Assembly (NCBI GenBank): GCA_900617105.1
Contig: UYFQ01000349.1
Span: 124,001-177,367, forward strand
Source: Hydrurus foetidus
Lineage: Eukaryota
Reading direction: 5' to 3'
DNA: 53,367 nucleotides
Shown piece after piece: positions 12,158-22,500 of this stretch. The notes under the pieces are model-generated. The model saw only the letters and a program-made list of their open reading frames with translations, was not told the origin of the DNA and did no database searches. The position numbers and the translations under genes are program-made. Positions within the stretch are counted from its first letter, which is position 1; every line of letters starts with the position of its first letter.

Positions 12158-15100
12158 TTAATACGATTTTCTGTTATGTGGTGGAGTTATTTTATCTTTA
12201 TCATCCTCTGAATCCTCATCTGAAATAGGATTCGTGACTCCAATTACGCTGTATGCGCCTAAATTGCCTGTACTTTTTTTCACTTTTTGATTGCTATCAC
12301 CACCGATTATAGTCGATGTTACTGAATTACCGTCATTATTGTTGATATAATTACTACCGCTATTTCCATTCATGTTCGTGCCGTTAGATGTGTTAGAATG
12401 GCTAATATCACTAGATTTACTAACACGAGAATGCACAGTAGACTCCACCTCATAACCCCTCAACCCAAACCCTAATCCACCTAACATGTTACAATCAGTA
12501 TCATCAACACTCTCGTACTTAATATTACCGTCGTCTACGGTAACCCCGGTTAAAATTTCCCGCCATCCAGTATTATTTCCCTTACTATGATGTATTCCAT
12601 AACCGAAATAAAAAGTCGCTGCAATGCCAAAATACACGAAAACAAGCAATATTCCGGAAGTGGATAATTGGGCTAATAATAGGTAATTCACGAATATACC
12701 GAATAACGGTACAAACGGTAATCCTGGTACACGGAATTGATTTACGGACTCTAAATCTTCATTTTCAGGACATTTAGAATAGATGAAATAAGTGAGTAGA
12801 AGGAGAAAGAGAAGAAGGATACCAACCGATGAGAATTGAACAGAGAGGGTAAAGAATGTGCTGCCGAATGATATATTAACAAGTAGAATATGTAATAGAA
12901 TGGAGAATATGTTAAATAGAATTAAAGACAGAGTGCACGGGACGGGGTTCGAACTGTCGCATCTTCTGATAATGATGAGTGAAGCATTTGTTAGATTAAA
13001 AGAGACCAAAACACCAGCCGATATCATATCATCTAAATATTTAAACGGAACAAATACGGCTATTACGGTACAAATAATCCCGCTAACGACTATTCCCTTC
13101 ACTAGATTTCCTTTTCTATCCACTTCGGAGAATAGTCTGGGTAGTAGTCCGTCTGTTGCCATTGCGTATTGCAAGCGAGGCTGAGCTAGGAAACTCACCA
13201 AGACCACTAACGGAAGTGTCACGATCTCCCCTACATATTACAAAATAGCTATATGTTACAATACTATTATTATTCTAAATAGGATTATGTGCTTAATTTG
13301 ATTGGTACTTTATAATGTGAAATATTAAGTAAAAAATGAAGATCATGGTGTATGAGAAAATTTTATAAATAACGTGTGTGGAAGAGTCATGATCTCCCCT
13401 ACGACACAACATATTAAAATGCATCAAAATGTAAATTATAATAAACAGTGATATAATTGTGAATTGTGTGCATGTTGCAATGCTAAATGTCACGAGTACA
13501 AATAGGACTAGACGTAATCAGTGTGATGTGTCCTTTATAGCGTGAGATTAAAATAAAATTGAGGTGTATAAGACGTACTGTAGAACGGTCGTTACTTACA
13601 CTTTACTGGTACGTTACAATCAATAAGGTACAAGTATACACTTACCAATTTATCAAGGGAATAAGAAACAGCAATGGCTTCCACAATCAAGGAAGAATAT
13701 TTTCATGTGTGGAATTCAATACGCGTACGTACTTACTCGCATACAATTAAATCCATTTCTTGTGACTCACACAACACAAATAGACGGAAACAGAAAAAGA
13801 TGACAATTACTATCACTAGAGAGGTATACCAATGAAAACGCAGCAACAGGACAACTTATCGAAATGCTCAAGTAGATAGATGTGCAAACAGACACGTATA
13901 CGTGTTTATACACACACACTGTGCATATAAGATCAAGGCTTCTCTTTAATTTCAGGTCCACGTTTAATCTGGACACCCCCCTATACACGACAATTACCTG
14001 TACCGTACTGAAAACTAAAAACAGTACGGTACAGGTAATTGTCGTGTATAGGGGTGTGTCCAGATTAAACGTGGACCTGGAATAAATGAGGAGCCTTGAG
14101 ATGCTCACTCATACGTACACATATGCATGTGGGCATACTCTCACTCACACACTCGTACATACGCACAAGAGTACTTACCAATAGCAACTACGTTCTGTGA
14201 CCAAAAACATCCTCTGCTCCTCAAGGCCTCACTAAAACCCGAATTTACGTTGATTTCCGTGTAATCCTGCATGCCAACAAGAGCCAAGGAAGCTAGGCAG
14301 TAGAATACCGTGACTATCGTAATGGTGCCAAATACGGCCAACGGTAAAACTCTGTCGGGGTCTTTTGCTTCGGCTGCCAAACAACAGACCTACGGGGATT
14401 ATTTCATTTGTATGTTAATTTTAATATTGTTCATTTTTTGTCATTTTTGTGATCATTCTTATCGTCAAGTTTGTGACTTAATTTGATTCAATATCGTAAC
14501 TTTGTAGAATGCGTAATAGAACGTACACAAGTGATATTATGAATGAGTGCAACATTTTGTCAAGCTTCGTTTGTTTGGTTGACTTTTTTGATATTTTTTA
14601 AATAAATTATTTAGCGTAGACTGGATTAGATTCGTTTGATTTTGTTGTATAAAAAGGCCTAGACTACGAAACAAATGTATTCGGTAAAAACATATCGTTA
14701 GAAGGTGTGTGAAACCATTTGAGCGTTCCATTCAATTCTAAGGTATTGATATAAATAATATAGAACATTTTTACTTCAAAAACTTGAATAAGTGTATAAA
14801 AAACTCAAAAAACGTAGTCGTGAGACAAAAACAAAAACAAAAATAGCAATAGCAGATTTAGGACTGACCTCATCATATCCCACAAATCCAAAAAAACATG
14901 ACGTAGCCCCCCGGAGTATTCCGGCCACACCCATGGGGGCCCACCCGGCCGAAATATTGGACGGTTGAAATAAAAGCAACCCGCTGACAATCATGAAAAT
15001 GACAAGAACGATTTTGACAACCGTAAAAGTGTTCACGGCAAATTTACCGATATCAATTCCTGCTAATAATACAATTACCACGGCTATTTGTAAAAGTCCA

Positions 15101-16142
15101 GCGAATATATTTATACCGTACCCCGGGTCGAAGGGATTCCAAGTAGGCGTGTGTGTTGGAGTTATATTACCATTATTTGAAGTTGAAGATTGAAATTGTG
15201 TGGATGCGATGGAGGCGATGTAGGCGTTCACTTTATCTCCCCATGATCGGGCTACGGCACTTCCACTTATTCCGTATTCCAATGATAAACACCAAGCAGC
15301 TATGACTGCTGGAAATTCACCTACACAGATTACAAGTGTTCACGTGATAAGTTAGTCGGTCAACTAACGTATCAGTCAGTCATTTAAGCAGTTATGAGTT
15401 CTTTCAGTCAGTCTGAAAGATTAGTGAGTCAGTCTGACAACAATTTGTATTAGTATGCACTAAAGAATAAGTGTAGGGCTGATAGACTGCACAACACAAT
15501 TTAGGTGGTCACAACTAAACACAGCAAATAACTAGTGGAATTTGTGTAAGTTACAGCAGTACGCGTCATAATCGGAGAGCGCATGGAAACGATGTCAGTC
15601 ATTATCATGCACACACAACATGAAAGTGACAATTGCGACATGATTTGAACAACTTCAATTTCAGGGTCAATTATCTTCCTAAGAGGAAACTACTGGATTT
15701 CGTACCCAAGGCAACGTAGACGTAAGCATATGAACTCCCCGCACTCGGGATGCGACATGACAGCTCAGCATAAGACATAGCAGAGAAGCAGCAGCCAAAT
15801 CCAGCTATCAGCCATGATATAACCACCCCTGGACCAGTGTATTCTCTGGCGATCAAGCCGGTCAAGACGAAAACTCCACTGCCGACAGTTCCACCTGGGA
15901 TGAAGAGTTTTCAATGAGGACAAATTTTGAAGATTCTTCTAGGAGCAGCACGTGCAATGATCTCTATCTGAAGAGTTCCCCAAAAATGAGAATTGTGATA
16001 TCACACCTATTCCAACGCAGAGAAGATCGAAGAGAGTGTAAGTTCTCTCCAGTCTTGATGAATCCATTTCTGCCCTACATACATCTCTCCTTTTTCGTAA
16101 AAACGATCTAGTCAAAACTCTCCCGCAAATTGATAAAGACAT
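12158..16142 (-). CDS. Cationic amino-acid transporter (APC superfamily, CAT/YfnA-like), multi-exon
   Basis: LFDLLCVGIG|GTVGSGVFVLTG, GPGVVISWLIAG, YAELSCRIPSAGSSYAY, FFGFVGYDE, AEAKDPDRVLPLA, QPRLQYAMATDGLLP and FRVPGLPFVP, with many transmembrane segments. Confidence 0.93.
13934..14098. mobile_element. Foldback MITE with CAAGG...CCTTG termini in the transporter intron
   Basis: Arms of about 77 bp (13934-14010 / 14022-14098) with 5 mismatches and an 11-nt A-rich loop. AGAT flanks both sides. Confidence 0.85.
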
Positions 16143-16402
16143 TGTCCGTTCGTCAATCCAAATTTCCTTCTAACTTTTACTTCGCTACTACTACAACTCT
16201 GAATCCATCACAGTTCAAGGGAATCGTTGCTGCGTTGGAGAATGGCCGTCCGAGCTTATCCGCGAAATCTACGCACCCACTAAGCTCTTCACCCTGCTCA
16301 ATCACTGGCAGGAGAATAGGTCAAGTTGAAACCCCCCTCTCGATGAAGCTGTGCTACTGTGTGATCAATCTCATCCACTTTCCACTCTTCGACAATAGGT
16401 AA

Positions 16403-16425
16403 ACATCTACCGTAAAGTACGGTCT
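16403..16425 (+). promoter_or_regulatory. Upstream motif ACATCTACCGTAA-n5-GGTCT, copy 1
   Basis: 20/23 identical to 19203-19225. It lies in the divergent CAT/PGM intergenic region; function unknown. Confidence 0.35.
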
Positions 16426-16597
16426 AAATGGAAGTGAGGTCACGGTTATATGATAGCTCGTGCAACTTCCTCTTGCAAGCTTTATTGGTTGCAACAACAA
16501 CTTGCAAGAAGCGCAGTGTATAGTTAGAATTTAGCATCTGTGTTACTCAGTCACAGCGCTACAGTGAAGACTGATATTGAGAAGTTTCTTGTAGGTC

Positions 16598-18685
16598 ATG
16601 ATCTACGCTCATAAGCCCGGTATTCTGACTGTGATCTTTCGCGGACTGTTTCTGCTACGTCTTTTTTCATCTTTCAGAAACGTCAGTGGCGTGGTCATGA
16701 AGACCCAGTCACCCCGGGAGCAGATGTTGACTGCATTTCAGAAAGCCAGTAATGGTTTCGATATGAGAGGGATTGTTGAATCAGTATCAAATTTAGCTGC
16801 GTCTAACCTCGACGGTCCGCTGCTCACTTATAAGGCAGCTTTCTGGGTGGGTGTTGGCTTCGGGGAAGCACTGAAGCAATCAATGAATAATCAACTTGAC
16901 GCATGTTTATCAGTAGGAATTGGAAGAGATTCTAGAGAATCGGGAATTGAGCTTACCAAATGGCTTGCTGGTGGGTTAGAAGCTGTGGGAGTCACAGCGT
17001 ATGATGTGGGACTTTGCACTACCCCTGCCATGTATCTGAGCTGTATAACAGATCGTGAAAGCTGCATCACTGGAGGTCAAAAATTTCAATCTTTCTCGGG
17101 TGCCATCTCCGTTACTGCATCCCATCTTCCTTCACAGTGGAATGGGTTCAAGTTTTTTACTCCTGATAAGCCATCTAATATTGGAGAAGAAGGCATAGAA
17201 ATGATTGTAAACTGCTGTGCTTTAGAAAAATTTGAAACGTTGGTTCCTACGGCTTTTGATTTCGATGGACGGCTTCCGATGTCATTTCTACCAATTTACT
17301 CAGAGTTCTTGAAAAAAACCGTGAGGGATTTAGTAAAACGAAGTGATCTAATAGAACAATCAGAAGGACAGAAGGCATGCGCGGAAGATTATTTTCAGCA
17401 ATATCCTCTTACGGGACTAAAAGTGTGCGTGAATGCTGGAAATGGAGCTGGAGGGTTCTTAGCAGCGACACTTAGAGAGCTTGGCGCTGACACGTCATCT
17501 TCTTTACATCTCGATCCTGACGGAACATTCCCAAATCACATTGCTAATCCTGAAGACAAAATAGCCATTCAATGCACAGCAGATGCAGTCACATTAGGAA
17601 ATGCAGATATTGGAATTTGTCTCGATACCGATGCAGATAGAGTGGGTTTAGTTGAGTACAGCGGAGACGTTAATAAACCTGTGAAACTTCTTAACCGGAA
17701 CAACTTAATTGCTCTTGTCAGCAAAGTTGCCCTCAGGGGACATTTGACCCCCGGAAACCCTGGGGTAATAGTTACCGACTCAGCGACTTCTAACGGATTG
17801 AGCCAGTTTATAGAAATGCTAGGCGGGAGACATGTGCGGTATAAGAAGGGGTATCGCTACGTGATAGAAATGGGTCGTAGCATTGAGGAATGTGTGGCTG
17901 CAGTAGAATGTTCCGGACATGGGGCGTGGAGGGATAATGGATGGGTGGATGATGGGTGTTACACCGCGGTGAAATTATTGGCCGAATTAAGTCTGATGCG
18001 ACTAGAGCAGAGAATAAAGAATTCTCAAAATAATGTTCCTAGCGAGAGTACTCCACAGAAGAATGTTCTCTGTCAATTATCTGATTTACTAGTAGGACTA
18101 AAGGAGCCGGAAGAGAGTGTGGAGTTGAGGTTTAGAGTGACAGGGGGACCTGCACAGATGAATGACGTCACTGTGAGAGCACTGAATGTTCTGCGTGCTA
18201 TTGCAGAACATTCTCAGAATCCGGAAAAATATTCTGGGGACAATTCTCAGAATTCTGATTCTTGGAATCATTCTGAGAACTTCTCTGGGAATATGGAGAA
18301 TTCTGAGTGCGTAACTGTGGGTAAAAAGATGACGTCATCCTATAAATGGGAAGTGGAAAAAGTGAACTACGAAGGTCTCCGTATAAATTTTGATTTTATA
18401 GTTTATGATTCTGATGCGAAGAATGGTGACGGTGGTAGTGCGTTTAAGTACACGGGATGGTGCATGCTACGTGCGTCACTGCATGAGCCGATACTAAGTA
18501 TGCAGTTGGAAAGTGATCAAATAGGTGGCGCTCAAAGAGCTGCTAAAATATTGCTGTTCGGAAATATGAATGATGTTAACAGATCTACTGGATTCAATCA
18601 GCTTGAAAGCGTTATGGATATCGCGTCACTTCGTAGCTTAGCATTTTCATCACAAAAGAGTTCAAATAACTCTACCAAAAATTGA
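16598..18685 (+). CDS. Alpha-D-phosphohexomutase (phosphomannomutase/phosphoglucomutase), single exon
   Basis: DMRG, IGRDSRESG, TTPAM, catalytic loop TASHLP, metal-binding DTDADR, sugar-binding ECSGH and C-terminal LRASLHEP in an uninterrupted 695-aa ORF. Confidence 0.92.
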   Translation: MIYAHKPGILTVIFRGLFLLRLFSSFRNVSGVVMKTQSPREQMLTAFQKASNGFDMRGIVESVSNLAASNLDGPLLTYKAAFWVGVGFGEALKQSMNNQLDACLSVGIGRDSRESGIELTKWLAGGLEAVGVTAYDVGLCTTPAMYLSCITDRESCITGGQKFQSFSGAISVTASHLPSQWNGFKFFTPDKPSNIGEEGIEMIVNCCALEKFETLVPTAFDFDGRLPMSFLPIYSEFLKKTVRDLVKRSDLIEQSEGQKACAEDYFQQYPLTGLKVCVNAGNGAGGFLAATLRELGADTSSSLHLDPDGTFPNHIANPEDKIAIQCTADAVTLGNADIGICLDTDADRVGLVEYSGDVNKPVKLLNRNNLIALVSKVALRGHLTPGNPGVIVTDSATSNGLSQFIEMLGGRHVRYKKGYRYVIEMGRSIEECVAAVECSGHGAWRDNGWVDDGCYTAVKLLAELSLMRLEQRIKNSQNNVPSESTPQKNVLCQLSDLLVGLKEPEESVELRFRVTGGPAQMNDVTVRALNVLRAIAEHSQNPEKYSGDNSQNSDSWNHSENFSGNMENSECVTVGKKMTSSYKWEVEKVNYEGLRINFDFIVYDSDAKNGDGGSAFKYTGWCMLRASLHEPILSMQLESDQIGGAQRAAKILLFGNMNDVNRSTGFNQLESVMDIASLRSLAFSSQKSSNNSTKN

Positions 18686-19202
18686 GGAGATAAAGTGTTA
18701 TCAGATGAACACTTTGATTTGCAGTAAAAAATTATTTAAAAAATGCTGATTATGAAGAAGAATTTTCTTTTTCATGTTGAGAATATTAAGAGACAAACAT
18801 GTTTGACCATTTTACTTGATTCATGTATTTTGTTCGATATCATCAATATGTATGAGTTTGTTGCTATGTACATATTATCACATCACACATTGATTTCACT
18901 ACATTGTTGCCGATGGAACTAATCGTGCGCTTAAATTGAATCTGGAGTTCGCAATCAATCTTCACTTCTGCTGACAGTCTGACTTTTTGACTTCGGAAAT
19001 GAAATATCTTGGCGTATCCAGAACACTACATCTTTTTCAGCGTAGTGTTTTGCACCTTTGGTGCTGATGAAACAGTAGGAAACAGCCTACGGAGGACAAT
19101 TTTGGCACGAAACAAGCCCATTATAAATCAATTGTCCGCCAACACTCAGATTCTCAAGTGACACAGACAAAGGCACCAAGTAACGCGGGGTAAAGGGGAG
19201 GT

Positions 19203-19225
19203 ACATCTACCGTAACATCCGGTCT
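19203..19225 (+). promoter_or_regulatory. Upstream motif ACATCTACCGTAA-n5-GGTCT, copy 2
   Basis: 20/23 identical to 16403-16425 and about 300 bp upstream of ATG 19513. Confidence 0.35.
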
Positions 19226-19512
19226 GCATGTAATGGTGGCTGTGGCTACGGTAAAAATGTAAAAATCCGAATCATCATGGAAAGTGTAGCTTTGTCTTCG
19301 GAGCTTCAGCTTCACAGCTCAAGAGCTGAAAAATAGTTGACTCCTCAAATAGGTACAGCTATGATGCTGTTACAAAGAAATCAAGCCCTCACACGTTGAG
19401 AAAGCAGACGCCACTGCATGTGCTGCCAGACTGGTAGAAGCAACCGTAGCGTAGCTTCGTTAGAATTAGTACGAAAAGAAGTACAAGAACGAGTAGAATA
19501 GCGAAAACACAG

Positions 19513-22500
19513 ATGGAAGTTCCTTCCCGCTGCGTTGATTGTAATCGCTCTTTAGGGCGCACAAAAGCCATCAGCTTCTCATGTGAATGCTGCATAGCAC
19601 TCTGCATTCCATGCGCCATTCGAAAGATATCATCATCTGATGAGACTTATGACTGCGTTATCACATGTCCAAAATGCAGCTCTCAACAATCAACTTCATT
19701 ACAGCAGAAGCATCCTCAAATCAAGCCAGAAAGCATATCTAAAGCTCGAATAGTTGAAGATGACATTGTGAATGATGCGTTCGCTTTCTCAGGAATAAAA
19801 GACTACAGAGCCAGAAAGAACCTCGACAAGGTTCGCAGTTTACGTGCTCCTCGTATATTCATGATCGGATCCAATTATAATCACTACAATGAAGAGAAAT
19901 ACCTTCGTCAAAGATGTGCCTGATTTGAAATGTCTCGCCGAAATAGATAATTGATATGAATAGTATCGTATTGGATCAGAACTTCATCTCATGCCTTTCC
20001 TAATTCATATCGTATCCTCTCTCAACATACAGATGTACCTATATTTGAAAGTGATTCCCAAGTATCAAGGGATAGGATTACTGAAAGGAATCGGTAATCA
20101 AAAGGATAATAATTACAGTGTGAAGTATGTCAGACTGTGTCTTGCCAGAGCGGAAGAATTCCGAAAAGGAACGTCTTCTTCCGGAAAATTCAACAGTTCC
20201 GGCAATCTTGATTTGCAAAATTTGCCACTAGGACCACTAGAGCATTTGGAGTTTAACACTAATGACGTACTGCACAGATATTTGAATAATGAGGTAAGAA
20301 AATTCTGTATTCTTACTGCAACTTGACATTCACTATGTATTGGTCCTACGTAACAGAATCAAGCGAAGAATTATGGAATAAAAGTTATGCATTCACTTAA
20401 TATTGTAAACGAATGGTACCATTAATTGACTTTTTTTTGCTTTTCGCAGTCCAAAAAATTAATGTTTATTTACTTTATTTTACGCACAGAAAATAAATAC
20501 ACATTGTAGTAAGTGTTCGAAATCCGATTTATGGGATAAGCAGTCTATGCTCTTCGGATGTGGATGTGTAGACAGTATATGCCGTACTTGTTTTCTGAAA
20601 TCCTTGGGTCAGAATTATGCCGATAGCAGCCGTAATGCAAAATGTCCAACGTGCGAGAAGGTAATTTATTTATTTTTGTGTTGTGTTGCAGTAATTTCTT
20701 TATTTTGACTTCCTTCATTTTTCTACTTTTAGCATCACTTCATCTTATGTTTTCTTATTAAATGTACAATTTTATCAGCCCGATTCATGCATCATAGACA
20801 ACGTAGAGGAGGCCACGAAAGCTGAAACGAAAATGATCAGAAAAGCGTTTTTACGAATGCACGGTCTACAATCTACGAAAAAAAATATTTTAAATGTAAA
20901 AAGAATTGTGAACAATTATTTCAATAACGGAAATAATAGCATGGAGAGAAATGATAATGACGAAATTGATATTTCGGAGGGCAATGTGTTACGCTGTTAT
21001 AACTGGTGCATTCAAGAAAGAACTTGTTTTGGATTCGCAAGTCCCTCTGGGGAAAACAAAACCGATAGTTCAAATAATGTAAATACTGGAAAATTGAAAC
21101 ATTTCATTTCATTGTTCGAATCCCATTTTACGTCTCTAGGTAAATAAAAAATCATTTGTTTTTGGAAATTACCTTCTCTTAATTCGAGTGATTTTTTTGG
21201 TTTTCTTATTTTTGAGCCATTGATTTTTATGCATGTTCATTTTTTCTCATCACTATACTAATTTCTTCCTGCCTTTAGTTAGGAAAGTGCGAGAATCCTT
21301 CGCATTCTGATTAAAAATGAATTCAATTGTCTCGGAATAGATACGGAATTGTTGGATTGCTCACGTGTCATAAGATAATACCGAAGACTGCGCTGCAGTG
21401 TACTTCACCTCACCATGCTTCACTTCACTTCACTTCACTTCACAATACCATAGTTTACAACATCGTATAACATGATATGGCTCTACACTCACTCCCCTTC
21501 CCTCCCCTTCACTCCCCCACACAGAGGACGCCGTCAGCATTGCAGAGTATCGGTCAACACTTTCATCCCCCTTGCCGCTGGGACATTTGGACGAAATTAA
21601 CGTTCGCCGCAATGTCATACTCGAAGCCATTGCGAATCAAATCAGGTGATAAATTATTTGTTTTCCTGAATTATGCGTACGTACGCACGTGGCGTTTTTG
21701 TTTTATCGATTTCATTGGAGTTCTGAGCGATGAGATTATTTTCTTGTAAGGAACAATAGGATCAGCAAATCAAAGCTGATAGACGATTTAAGTATGAAGT
21801 GATATCGAGTAACGTAACACCAACTAATGATATTTGTATCACTTTCTTTTTGTTGATTTTGAAATAAATGTGTGTACGTACGTTTTAGGTTTCCAAGTGT
21901 ACAACCTGTCCAAGCCATTAGTAACGGTATTCAAAACGGTGAAAATAACGGAAACGGAAATAACTTATCTGTACCTGTTATTGCTCCTAAGAAGAGTATA
22001 TTAAAAGTAAGAAATACGAATGCAGAGACACAAAGAATAAGAGAAGAATACGAAAGAATTGAAAATGAAAAGACACAGCAGATGGAGGAGGAAAATGAGA
22101 CTCGAATGCTACAGGAAAAAGAAGATCGCACTTCACGTAAAAATGCAGAAGTGACAAAAATTAGACAAGAAAAAGCTGCCGAATTAGACGTCAGTGAAAT
22201 AGCAAGAATTAGAGAGGCAAGAAAAAAAATTAAAGAAAAGGAAAAAGAAGAAAGGGAGATAACAAAAGAAAGGGAAAGAGAGAAAGGAATGAAAAAAGAA
22301 AGAGAAAAAGAAATAGAGAGGGAAAGAGAAGAAGAAAGAGAAAGAGAATCAGCCAGAAAGCTGTTACTGAAAAAAACTATTAAAATGGAGGGAGAAATTA
22401 ATTCTGACACCGAAGAAGATGAATTGTTCGCTCCTCCTAAGAAATCAAAGAAGGTTCCGCAGAATAAGGAAAAGAATGTCCCTCGAAAGGCTGTGAGGAA

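Noticed and set aside
13767..14108. ORFs on both strands sharing the same peptide
   Set aside because: Artefact of the foldback MITE.
18244..18279. Short hairpin TTCTCAGAAT...ATTCTGAGAA inside the PGM coding sequence
   Set aside because: It is short and explained by Ser/Asn/Glu low-complexity codons; no TSD or element boundaries.
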